A stretch of DNA of 64,000 nt, taken from positions 544,001-608,000 of the forward strand of contig CAWEYL010000001.1 of the NCBI GenBank assembly GCA_963813335.1, read 5' to 3'. A model generated the notes under the pieces. It worked only from the letters and a program-made list of their open reading frames with translations, did not search any database and was not told where the DNA came from. Source of the stretch: an uncultured Chloroflexia bacterium (lineage in GTDB: Bacteria > Chloroflexota > Limnocylindria > Limnocylindrales > CSP1-4). This document shows positions 47,769 through 57,733 of the stretch, piece after piece. Both the position numbers and the translations under genes were made by a program. The stretch's first letter is position 1. Each line of letters opens with the position of its first letter.

Positions 47769-50421
47769 CGTGCGTGCAGCTCGACTCGCCGCGATCGTCC
47801 GGCCCGTGAGATCGCGATCCCAGCAGTTCGTCGCCGGGACATCCGGCTCGACGAGGGTCTGGCTCTTCACGGCGTTCCTCGCTGCGATCGCGGCTGCGCT
47901 CGCGGTGCGGTTCGTCCCGTCCGAGCCTCCCCTCGACATTCCCATCGAGATCCCAGTGTGGCTGCTCGCCGGCGGGTTCTACCTGGCCGAGGCGAAGGTC
48001 ATCCACCTCCACATCGGGCGCAGCGCGCACTCGTTCTCGATGAGCGAGTTGCCGCTTGTCGCCGGACTCTTCCTCATCTCCCCACCGGCGTTCATCGTCG
48101 CGCGCGTCGTCGGTTCCGGCCTGGCACTCGCCTTCCACCGCCGCCAGCGCTCGGTCAAGCTCGCCTTCAACCTCGTCCAGTTCAGCCTGGCCTCGGTGGT
48201 CTCGGTCGCGATCATCCACCTCGCGATCGCACCGGACGCCGTGTTCGGGCCGGCGGTCTGGCTCGCCGTCCTGATGGTGGCGCTCGTCGAGAACGTCATC
48301 GGCGTCCTGGCGGTCAGCACCGCGATCTCCCTGGCCGAGGGAACGGCCCAGTACCGACGGATCCCCGAGATGCTCAAGATCGGGATCGTCGTCTCGCTGA
48401 CGAACGCGAGCATCGGCCTGATGGGCCTTACGGTGATCCTGTCGAACCCGGAGTCGGTCTGGCTCTTCGTCCTGCCGACGGTGACCGCGACCCTGGCGTA
48501 CCGCGCCTACATCTCCGAACGGCAACAGCACGAGAGCATCGAGCTGCTCTACGAGTCGACCCGCATCCTCCAGCGCAGCCCGCAGCTGGACACCGCCCTC
48601 GTCTCGCTGCTCGACCACGCCCGGAAGATGTTCCGGGCGGACGTCGCCGAGATCCGCCTCCTGCCGCGACACGAGGGCGACGACATCCTTCGGTGCCAGG
48701 TCGGACCGGGCGAAGCGGTGGAGGTGATGCAGCCGGTCAGGCCGGCGCTCGACGATGCCGTCCTCGAGCGCGCCGTCACCGAACGACATGGGCGCATCGT
48801 CGATCTGCCGGTCGACGCGGAGATCGACGGGGCAGGACGCCGGCGCGTCCGGAAGGCCCTCGTCGCCCCACTGCTGGGAGAGTCGACGCTCATCGGCACG
48901 CTACTGATCTCCGACCCCCTCAACGACATCAGCACGTTCGAGGCGGAGGATCTCAAGCTCTTCGAGACGCTGGCGAATCACACCGCGATCGCGCTCGAGA
49001 ACGGACAGCTGGAGCAGTCGCTCGAACAGCTCGGCCGGCTCAAGGAAGAGCTGCACCATCAGGCATCGCACGACCCGCTCACGGGGTTGGCGAACCGGTC
49101 GCTCTTCACCCAGGTCGTCGCCTCGCGCCTCGAGGCGCGGGACCCCGGCGGCACGGTGCCGATCGTCCTGTTCGTGGACCTCGACGACTTCAAGCTGGTC
49201 AACGACAGCCTCGGGCATGCCGCGGGCGACGCACTCCTGGTCGCGGTCGGCGACCGCCTTCACTCCGTGCTGCGCACCACCGACATGGCGGCCCGCCTCG
49301 GCGGTGACGAGTTCGCCGTGCTCCTGCGCGACACGCCGGACATGAAGGCGTCGATGCGCGTGGCGAACCGGCTGACGGCCGCCATGGGCCCACTCTTCGA
49401 GATCGAAGGTCGCGACGTCAACGTGCGGGCGAGCGTCGGCGTGGCGGCGGGCCGGCCGGGCGTCGAGACCGCGGGCGACCTGTTGCGCAACGCCGACGTC
49501 GCGATGTACTCGGCGAAGGCTCGCGGCAAGGGTCGCGTCGTCGTCTTCGAGCCGTCGATGCATGACGCGGTGATGGCGCGCGCCCAGCTGTCGGCAGACC
49601 TCGAACATGCGATCGCCGCCCGCGAGTTCGTGCTCCAATACCAACCCATCGTCGAGATCGCGACGGGTCGCATGGTCGGCGTCGAGGCGCTCGTGCGCTG
49701 GGAGCACCCGGAACGCGGCAGGATCGGCCCCGACGACTTCATCCGGGTGGCCGAGGAATCCGACTCGATCCTCGAGATCGGGCGCTGGGTGCTGAGCCAG
49801 GCGTGCCAGCAGCGGCATGCCTGGCAGCGAACCGTCGGTTCGGAGCCATTCACCGTGAGCGTGAACATCTCTGCCAGACAGCTGGTGCAGCCCGATTTCG
49901 TCGACGAGGTGCTGACGATCATCCGCGAGGCCGGCGTCGAACCGACGGACATCGTCCTGGAGATGACGGAGACGTCGATGCTCCAGGACAGCGCGGCGAC
50001 TCGCTCGAAGCTGCAGGACCTCCGCGATGTCGGGGTCGGTGTCTCGATCGACGACTTCGGCACCGGCTACTCGTCGCTGAGCTACCTCCAGCGATTCCCG
50101 GTGACGACGCTCAAGATCGCCCGGGACTTCGTCGACGTCGACGGCGTCGAGGCGGACGCCTGGGAGCTCGCCAATGCGATCGTGGCGCTGGGCCGCGCCC
50201 TCCGGCTGTCGGTCATCGCCGAGGGCGTGGAGCAGTGGTCGCAGCTCGGCCGGCTCCGGACGCTCGGCTGCGAGTTCGCCCAGGGCTTCTACTTCGCTCG
50301 ACCGCTCGACCCAGCCTCGATCGAATCGCTGCTCGTTCATGGCAGGGTCCTGAGCGGAGACCCGGACATCGACCCGGCGTTGCCCGTCCGGGCACCGGGT
50401 CGCGCCGTCGAGGCCGGCTGA
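47769..50421 (+). CDS. Multi-TM sensor-GAF-GGDEF-EAL bifunctional diguanylate cyclase/phosphodiesterase (start uncertain)
   Basis: About 7-8 TM segments, GAF-like segment, HDPLTGLANR, RTTD I-site, GGDEF, EAL, DDFGTGYSS, EGVE. Confidence 0.95.
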
Positions 50422-50471
50422 CCGCCGGCCCGAGACTCGCCCGCCGGCAACTCCGGTTCCGGCGGGCACCG

Positions 50472-50491
50472 AATAGGACCATCGTCCTATT
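50472..50491. promoter_or_regulatory. Perfect inverted repeat AATAGGAC-CATC-GTCCTATT (putative transcription-factor site)
   Basis: 8-bp AT-rich arms in GC-rich DNA, about 65 nt upstream of the extended -10 TGGTACGGT (50552-50560). Confidence 0.65.
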
Positions 50492-50565
50492 GGCCCGTGG
50501 GCCGCCGTCTCGCATCGTCGCGGCAGATGACGGCATCCGCATGGGTGCCGCTGGTACGGTCTGCA

Positions 50566-50648
50566 AACTCGGCAAACCCGTCGAGAGGCGGGGACGCAAA
50601 GCCAGGGATCTTCCGGAGACCGCCTCCGAAGACCGCCCGGTTGCCAGG
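50566..50648 (+). ncRNA. c-di-GMP-I (GEMM) riboswitch
   Basis: GGCAAA-CCCGTC-GAGA-GGCGGGG-ACGCAAAG-CC...P3...GGTTGCC matches the GEMM consensus including the GNRA tetraloop; lies in the 5' UTR of the protease. Confidence 0.9.
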
Positions 50649-50682
50649 CACCGCACATCGACCCGACCAGAGGGTGGTATCG

Positions 50683-52276
50683 ATGATGCAGGTGGATCGT
50701 CCCGATGGGGGCAGCGCCTCCCCGACGCGCCCTCGCGCAGACCGCGGCTGGAGCCTCGATCTCACAGCGTCAGGTCGCCTCGCCGCGTCCCTCGCCGCTG
50801 TCCTCGTCGCCGCGGCCATCGCGCCCGTCGCCGCCCTCGCGTCCGGCTACGACCCGGCCGACGACGCGAACTCGATGTACAACACGACCGCGTACACCGG
50901 TGCCACGGCGTGGTGGAACGCCGGCTACACCGGCGCGGGCGTCGACGTCGCCCTCATCGACACCGGGGTCAGCCCGGTCCAGGGTCTCGCGACGCCGGGC
51001 AAGATCATCTACGGCCCGGACCTGTCACTCGAGTCCCAGTCGCCGGAGCTGAAGAACCTCGACACGAACGGCCACGGGACGTTCATGGCCGGGCTCATCG
51101 CCGGCAAGGACGGCGACCTCACGGAGCCGTATGCCGGACGCCCCGGCGTCGGCCTACCGGGGGATGGCTCCAGATGCCCGGATCGTGTCGGTCAAGGTCG
51201 GCGTCGCCGACGGTGGGACGGACGTCAGCCAGGTCATCGCCGCGATCGACTGGGTCGTCCAGCACAAGGACGACAACGGCCTGAACATCCGGGTCATCAA
51301 CCTGTCGTACGGGACGAACACGCACGCAGGCCTCCGCGGTCGACCCGCTCGCGTACGCCGCCGAGCAGGCCTGGAAGGCCGGCATCTTCGTCGTCGCCGC
51401 CGGCGGCAACAACGGCTACCAGAGCCGCAGGAGCCAGGCCCCGGCCCTGGCGAACCCGGCCATGGACCGCTACCTCATGGCGGTCGGCTCGTCGGACTCG
51501 ATGGGAACCACCACCGTGGAGGACGACCGGGTGCCGGCGTTCTCGCCCTGGCCGAGGCGCGGGACCGCGCGGAGCGTCGACCTCGTCGCCCCGGGGGTGC
51601 ACATCCAGGGGCTGCGCGTCCCGAACAGCTTCATCGACATGAACCACTCGGGGGGCCAGCTCGACGGACCGCTACTTCCGCGGCAGCGGGACGTCCGAGT
51701 CGGCGGCGATCGTCTCGGGTGCCGCGGCGTTGCTCCTCCAGAAGTACCCGACCGCCACACCCGACCGGATCAAGGCACTGCTCTCGCGCACCGCCTACGA
51801 CATCAACGGGCCGTCGCAGGCCATCGGCGGCGGCGAGCTGCAACTCGGGGAGGCCCTGACCACGGCCCTTCCGCACTCGACCCAGACCTGGCCCTCCTCG
51901 ACCGGCACGGGCTCGCTCGAAGCCGCCCGCGGCGATGATCACCTGACGCTCGACGGCGTCGTGCTGACCGGCGAGCAGGACATCTTCGGAGCGGCGTTCG
52001 ACTCGGAGGCGATGGCCCAGCTCGAGGCTGACGGCAGCAGCTGGTCCGGTGGGACGTGGAACGGCAACTCCTGGTCTGGCAGCAGCTGGTCGGGCAGCTC
52101 GTGGAGCGGCAGTTCCTGGTCTGGCAGCAGCTGGTCGGGCAGCTCGTGGTCCGGTTCGAGCTGGTCCGGCGAACTCCTGGTCCGGTTCGAGCTGGAGCGG
52201 CAGCTCCTGGTCGGGCAGCAGCTGGAGCGGAAGCTCCTGGTCGGGCGACAGCTGGTCCGGGGCGGACTGGGAGTAG
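50683..52276 (+). CDS. Secreted S8 subtilase with C-terminal GSSWS repeats (several frameshifts)
   Basis: Signal peptide; triad VALIDTG, NGHGTFMAG, GSGTSESAA; oxyanion AAGGN. Confidence 0.9.
52033..52273 (+). repeat. 16 x 15-bp coding repeat (G-x-x-W-x, mostly GSSWS)
   Basis: Counted directly; one extra base in unit 10; synonymous codons vary between units. Confidence 0.95.
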
Positions 52277-52336
52277 CAAAGAGGTCCACCTGCGGGACGA
52301 GGTTCACCTGCGCTCGGGGGCCGTACACTCCGAGGC

Positions 52337-52966
52337 GTGACCCGGAGTGCCGCGAACCGCCGCGCTGGACCGCTCCGCCTCGGACTGACAGGACCGATCG
52401 GCTGCGGGAAGTCGACGTGGCCGGATGGCTCGGCGAGCGACCCGGGTGTCGTCGTCATCGACGCGGACGACGTCGTGCGCGGCATCGTCGAGCCGGGTAC
52501 CCCGACGCTCGACGACATCGTCAAGCGATTCGGTCGGGAGGCGCTGGCCGAGGATGGGACGCTCGACCGGGCGAGGCTCGGTCGGATCGTCTTCGGCGAT
52601 GCCACGGCGCTGGCCGACCTCGAGGCGATCACCGGACCGCCGGCACGGGCGCGGATCATGCGGGCGATCGAGGACGCCGAGTCGCACGGCGCCACTGGCG
52701 TGGTCATCGAAGCGATCCGATTGCTCGATGGCGGGTTGGCGACCGCCTGCGACGAGGTCTGGCTCGTCACCTGCGATCCATGGGTCCAGGTCGAGCGCCT
52801 GGCAGGACGGGGGACCGACCCGGAAGACGCTGCCCGCCGCATCGAGGCGCAAGCCGGACTGGTGGAACGGGTCCGGCCGGCTGCCACGCGGGTCATCGAC
52901 ACCTCGGGATCGGTCGAAGCGACGAGGGCCGACGTCGACGCCGCGTTCGATGCGGCCGTTCGCTGA
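52337..52966 (+). CDS. coaE: Dephospho-CoA kinase
   Basis: GLTGPIGCGKST, IDAD, LDRARLGRIVF; probable short compensating frameshift after the P-loop. Confidence 0.93.
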   Translation: MTRSAANRRAGPLRLGLTGPIGCGKSTWPDGSASDPGVVVIDADDVVRGIVEPGTPTLDDIVKRFGREALAEDGTLDRARLGRIVFGDATALADLEAITGPPARARIMRAIEDAESHGATGVVIEAIRLLDGGLATACDEVWLVTCDPWVQVERLAGRGTDPEDAARRIEAQAGLVERVRPAATRVIDTSGSVEATRADVDAAFDAAVR

Positions 52967-53174
52967 GACTTCGCTGTCAGTGAACGGATGCAGGCTGTGG
53001 GCGGCGATGGACCCGCCCCGAGCGTCGATCGGTCGGATTCGTTCGCCGTGGATGAAGCGAATCAACCTCAAGGCGGTCTGAATCGCCCAACGGAGCGCTT
53101 CGGCCTGCTTTCGTTCGCCCGCAGTGAAGTCGTCGACCGTCCGCTCCCCGCGAGGCCGCAACGAAAACCAATAA

Positions 53175-53188
53175 CGAACACTTGTTCG
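53175..53188. promoter_or_regulatory. LexA (SOS) box CGAACACTTGTTCG upstream of uvrB
   Basis: GAAC-N4-GTTC over the -35 region; TATCCT -10 at 53205-53210. Confidence 0.85.
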
Positions 53189-53219
53189 CACGGGTCCAAC
53201 GGCGTATCCTGAGCACCCC

Positions 53220-55604
53220 ATGCCCGACTTCAAGTTCGTCGCCCCCTTCGAGCCCACGGGTGACCAGCCGGCCGCGATCGAGCGCCTGAGCGACGGCCTC
53301 GCCAAGGGCGTCCGGCACCAGACGCTGCTCGGCGCGACCGGCACCGGCAAGACCGCGACCCTCGCCTGGACCATCGCCCGGCACAACAAGCCGACCCTGG
53401 TCCTCGCCCACAACAAAACGCTCGCGGCACAGCTGTACGCGGAGTTCCGCGAGTTCTTCCCGGAGAACGCGGTCGAGTACTTCGTCAGCTACTTCGACTA
53501 CTACCAGCCGGAGGCGTACCTCCCGCGCTCGGACACGTACATCGAGAAGGACTCGTCCCGCAACGACGAGATCGACCGGCTCCGCCATGCGGCGACCCAC
53601 GCGCTCTTCGAGCGGCGCGACGTGATCATCGTGGCCAGCGTCAGCTGCATCTACGGCCTCGGCGCCCCGGTCGACTACGGGGCCACCGTCCTGAAGCTCC
53701 GCGTCGGTGGCCAGTACCGGCGCGACGCGGTCCTCCGCCACCTCGTCGACCTCCAGTACCAGCGCAACGACCAGGCGCTCACGCGCGCCCGGTTCCGCGT
53801 CCGAGGCGACACGCTCGAGCTCCAGCCGGCCTCGGAGGAGACGCTGATCCGCGTCGAGTTCTTCGGCGACGAGGTCGAGCGCATCACCGAGCTGGACCCG
53901 CTGACCGGCGAGCTGCTCGCCGAGCGCAAGGAGACCAACATCTATCCGGCGACCCACTACGTGACGCCGCAGGACAAGCTCAAGGAAGCGATCGTCGACA
54001 TCGAGGCCGAGATGGAGCTCCGCGTCGGCCAGCTGGAGGCGGAAGGCCGGGCGCTGGAGGGCGCGCGCCTCCGCCAGCGGACGACGTTCGACCTCGAGAT
54101 GATGCGCGAGCTCGGCTACTGCACCGGCATCGAGAACTACTCGCGCCACCTGTCCCGCCGCGAGGCCGGCTCGCGGCCGTGGACGCTCCTCGACTACTTC
54201 CCGCCCGACTGGCTGCTGGTCGTCGACGAGTCGCACATGACCATCCCGCAGGTCGTGGGCATGTACAAGAACGACCGGACGCGCAAGGAGATCCTCGTCG
54301 ACTTCGGGTTCCGGCTGCCGTCGGCGCTGGACAACCGGCCACTGACCTTCGAGGAGTTCGAGGCGACCGTCCACCAGGCGGTCTACATGAGCGCGACGCC
54401 CGGCCCGTACGAGCTCGAGCGCAGCGAGCGGGTCGTCCAGCAGCTCATCCGTCCGACCGGCGTCGTCGACCCCGGCATCACGATCCGCCCGACCGAGGGC
54501 CAGATCGACGACCTCCTCGAGGAGATCCGGGTCCGGGCCGAACGAGGCGAGCGGGCGCTGATCACGACCCTCACCAAGAAGATGGCCGAGGACCTGACCG
54601 ACTACCTCAAGGAGCTCGGGATCAAGGTCCAGTACCTCCACAGCGAGGTCGACACGCTGGAGCGGGTCGCGATCCTGCGCGACCTCCGGCTCGGCGTGTT
54701 CGACGTCCTCGTCGGCATCAACCTGCTGCGCGAGGGCATCGACCTGCCGGAGGTGACGCTCGTCGCGATCCTCGACGCCGACAAGGAGGGGTTCCTGCGC
54801 TCCGCCTGGTCGCTGATCCAGATGATCGGCCGGGCGGCCCGGAACATCGGCGGCGAGGTGATCATGTATGCCGACCGGGTCACCGAATCGATGCAGGTCG
54901 CCCTCGACGAGACCGACCGCCGGCGGACCATCCAGGTGGCCTACAACGTCGAGCACGGCATCGAGCCGACGACGATCGTCAAGGGCATCCACGACATCAA
55001 CCAGCGGCTGCGCGCGGTCGCCGAGTCGACGCAGGTCTACACGTCGGAGAAGGGTGGCGAGCTGACAGAGGCGGACCGCCGCAAGGTCGAGGCACTGGTG
55101 GCGCGGATGGAGGCGGAGATGAAGGCGGCCGCCAAGCAGCTCGAGTTCGAGCGGGCGGCGGCGCTGCGCGACGAGATCCAGCAGATCCGCTTGCGCGTCC
55201 TCGAGCAGGACGCGTCGATCACGGTCGGACGGGCCGCCGAGCGGGCCGCCCGCGAGGACCACAGCCTGACCGGCGCCGCCGACCGGGCCCGTGGCCGTCG
55301 GGCGGCCGATGCCGCGTCGCTGGCCCCGGTGATGGAGGTCACGAGCGTCACCGTCCTGCCCGCCGACGAGGAGCCGGCTGCGAACCTGGACGGCGAGCCC
55401 GGCGAGCCCGGCATCGACGAGAACACGATCGCCGACTGGCTGCCGGGCATCCGCGACGAGCACGACGACGACCCCGGCACCCGGGGCCGCTGGCAGGACC
55501 GCCCGACCTGGGACCGCAGCGTGACACCCAACGTCCGCAAGCGGACCGGCCAGCGCCAGGGCGCGTCGCTTCTGCGTCTGGATCAGCGCCCGGTCCTCGG
55601 GTGA
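53220..55604 (+). CDS. uvrB: Excinuclease ABC subunit B
   Basis: [52 protein letters not shown]. Confidence 0.98.
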   Translation: MPDFKFVAPFEPTGDQPAAIERLSDGLAKGVRHQTLLGATGTGKTATLAWTIARHNKPTLVLAHNKTLAAQLYAEFREFFPENAVEYFVSYFDYYQPEAYLPRSDTYIEKDSSRNDEIDRLRHAATHALFERRDVIIVASVSCIYGLGAPVDYGATVLKLRVGGQYRRDAVLRHLVDLQYQRNDQALTRARFRVRGDTLELQPASEETLIRVEFFGDEVERITELDPLTGELLAERKETNIYPATHYVTPQDKLKEAIVDIEAEMELRVGQLEAEGRALEGARLRQRTTFDLEMMRELGYCTGIENYSRHLSRREAGSRPWTLLDYFPPDWLLVVDESHMTIPQVVGMYKNDRTRKEILVDFGFRLPSALDNRPLTFEEFEATVHQAVYMSATPGPYELERSERVVQQLIRPTGVVDPGITIRPTEGQIDDLLEEIRVRAERGERALITTLTKKMAEDLTDYLKELGIKVQYLHSEVDTLERVAILRDLRLGVFDVLVGINLLREGIDLPEVTLVAILDADKEGFLRSAWSLIQMIGRAARNIGGEVIMYADRVTESMQVALDETDRRRTIQVAYNVEHGIEPTTIVKGIHDINQRLRAVAESTQVYTSEKGGELTEADRRKVEALVARMEAEMKAAAKQLEFERAAALRDEIQQIRLRVLEQDASITVGRAAERAAREDHSLTGAADRARGRRAADAASLAPVMEVTSVTVLPADEEPAANLDGEPGEPGIDENTIADWLPGIRDEHDDDPGTRGRWQDRPTWDRSVTPNVRKRTGQRQGASLLRLDQRPVLG

Positions 55605-56057
55605 CATTGCCGCGAATCGCCGCCGGCGGCCCTGTAGCAGTACCAGGGTGCCGATGATGAGCGTCGCCGCGCAGACCAATAGCGCGATCAGGATGGTGTG
55701 CTGGTCGAACTGGCGGCCGACGACCCTGAACGTGCCCCACACGACGGCCGAGACGATCCCGAACCCAGCCATCGGCGCGAGCCAGACGCGCCGCAGCGAC
55801 TTGCTGACACCGGGGCTGAACGGCGAGATCCGGGACGCCTCGGCGTACGCAGCGGCGGCTTCCGCGTGGCGGCCCTGCGCCTCGAGGGCGCGGCCGAGGG
55901 CCAGGCGGGCGGGGACGTAAGAGGGGTCGCGCGCGGTCGCGGTGCGTGCCATCGTTTCGGCGTCGCCTGGTCGCTTGGCCTTGAGGGCACTGTCGGACCG
56001 GCGCACGAGGTCGGTGGTCGCGGGGTCGGAGGCGGCGTGCTGGTGTTCGACGAGCAT
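55560..56057 (-). CDS. TPR-containing membrane protein (3' end unresolved)
   Basis: TPR-like helices ([26 protein letters not shown]) then two TM segments; no in-frame stop before uvrB. Confidence 0.65.
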
Positions 56058-56153
56058 CCGGTCCCCCTGTCTCCGCGGTCGGTCGCATCCTACGGCTGGC
56101 GACCGCCTCGCGCTTCCCGTACGGCCGTACTAGTCGAGCCTGGGGTCCGGTGC

Positions 56154-56855
56154 CTAGGTCCCCGTGCTGCCGATGACCGACAGGCAGAAGCCGATCGCGG
56201 TCGCGACGCCGGCGAGGGTCTTCCCGCGATCGAACGCGAACGGCATCAGCGAGTTCGTCAGCATCGCCAGCAGCCCGCCGGCCGCCAGGGCTGCGGCGCG
56301 GTCGCCGGTGACGTCCGGGGCGAGGTTCGTGGCGATGTAGCCCAGGGCCGCCGCCACGCCGCAGGCGAGGACGACGATGCCCCACAACTGGGCGAGCCGG
56401 CGCGGCCCCCAGCCGCTCGCGGCGAGGTCGGCCGACGGCGCGATGGCCTGGGGGACGTTGGAGACCATGACGGCGGCGAGGAAGCTCGGGCTGATCGCCA
56501 GGCCGGTCCCGATCTGGATGCCGAAGATGACCGACTCGGGGACGCCGTCGACGACCGAGCCGACGACGATGCCCATCGCCCCGCCGGCGCCCTCGCTGCC
56601 GAACCGCTGCTCCACGACCCAGTCGCCGGCGATGAAGAGGGCGACGCCGACGAGCATCCAGGTGGCGAACTCGGCGGCCGGCAGCGCCTCGGCCTGGAGC
56701 ACGAGGTCGAAGGCGATCGCCGCGATCATCGCGCCGGCCCCGAAGCCGGCGAGGACGCCGACGACGCGGGCGGGCACCTTGACCCAGCAGACGATCAGGC
56801 CGGCGACGAGTAGCGACGACTGGGCGACCAGCCCCAGGGCGAACGCTTCTAGCAA
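56154..56855 (-). CDS. ZIP-family metal transporter
   Basis: GFGAG, DGVPES, SNVPQ, AAGGLLAML. Confidence 0.85.
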   Translation of the reverse strand: MLEAFALGLVAQSSLLVAGLIVCWVKVPARVVGVLAGFGAGAMIAAIAFDLVLQAEALPAAEFATWMLVGVALFIAGDWVVEQRFGSEGAGGAMGIVVGSVVDGVPESVIFGIQIGTGLAISPSFLAAVMVSNVPQAIAPSADLAASGWGPRRLAQLWGIVVLACGVAAALGYIATNLAPDVTGDRAAALAAGGLLAMLTNSLMPFAFDRGKTLAGVATAIGFCLSVIGSTGT

Positions 56856-57014
56856 GCCCGTCCCCCGTCGCTACGGCTACGACCGACGATGCACGGTAGC
56901 ACGGCGTCGAACGCCGGAGCGGCCGGTCCCGACCCGCATGAACTGGTGCGTCGGCGCGCCACGAACCGGGTGCGGACTGCTGCGGACGGGAGCGGTCTGC
57001 CCTAGATTCGAGTA

Positions 57015-57416
57015 GTGATGGCCGGAGTGGTATCGGTGCTCGCCGCTCAGTCGCTCGACCTCGTCGGCCTGGTCGCGGCGGTCTGTCTCCGTGTCGCATC
57101 CGTCGGCTTCCTGCGGTTGGCGACGCTGGCCCTGGCCCAGGCGATCGACCTCGCGACGTTCAGCGTGATGGTGACCCGCCACGGTGCCGTCGCCGAGGCG
57201 AACCCGATCGTCAGCAACCTCTTCGTCACCCTGGGATTGCCGGCGGTCGCGCTCGCCAAGCTGGCGCTGGTGGTGCTCGTGGGCGCGCTGTTCCTGGCGT
57301 CGGCGGCCCGCGGGGGGCGTGGCGTCTGGTCCCTGATCGGCGGGCTGCCCCTGGCCCTGGCGATCGCGGCCGGGATCATCGGCGGCATCACGAACACCGC
57401 GGTGCTGCTGGGCTGA
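57015..57416 (+). CDS. Small membrane protein (DUF5658-like)
   Basis: AQAIDLATF...EANP motif; hydrophobic helices; TAGATT -10 six nt before GTG. Confidence 0.6.
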   Translation: MMAGVVSVLAAQSLDLVGLVAAVCLRVASVGFLRLATLALAQAIDLATFSVMVTRHGAVAEANPIVSNLFVTLGLPAVALAKLALVVLVGALFLASAARGGRGVWSLIGGLPLALAIAAGIIGGITNTAVLLG

Positions 57417-57420
57417 CCGC

Positions 57421-57646
57421 TCAGTAGGCCGGCGGCGGGACCTCGAGGCTGGGCGATGGCTTGCCGAGCCCGTCGGACGGGCCGGCGATGGGGTTCTCGA
57501 CGGTGGGTGCGGGGTTCTGGTCCGAAGGACTCGTCGGCCCGATCGGCGTCGTCGGCACGGGGCTCGCGCCGGTGGTCGGCCCCATGCAGCCGGCCAGCAG
57601 CCGGCGAGGCGACCAGAGGCACGGCCGCGAGCTTCAGGCTGCGCAT
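57421..57646 (-). CDS. Small Pro/Thr-rich lipoprotein (one frameshift near 57600)
   Basis: MRSLKLAAVPLV.. then LLAGC-MGPTTGASPVPTTP...PPPAY stop in a shifted frame; TAGGCT six nt before the ATG. Confidence 0.55.
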
Positions 57647-57665
57647 GGACCCAGCCTACTCCCAT

Positions 57666-57698
57666 GAAGAAAGCCCGCCGGTCTCCCGGCGGGCTTTC
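57666..57698 (-). terminator. Rho-independent terminator of the M6 protease gene
   Basis: GAAAGCCCGCCGG-GAGA-CCGGCGGGCTTTCTT on the minus strand. Confidence 0.8.
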
Positions 57699-57733
57699 CG
57701 TTGCGGCCAAGGTGGCGGAGCCACCACGGCGTC

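Noticed and set aside
52033-52273. Repeat array as a CRISPR
   Set aside because: 15-bp coding tandem units with no spacers and no cas genes
52966-53150. Possible small gene between coaE and uvrB
   Set aside because: No convincing start, motif or codon bias on either strand
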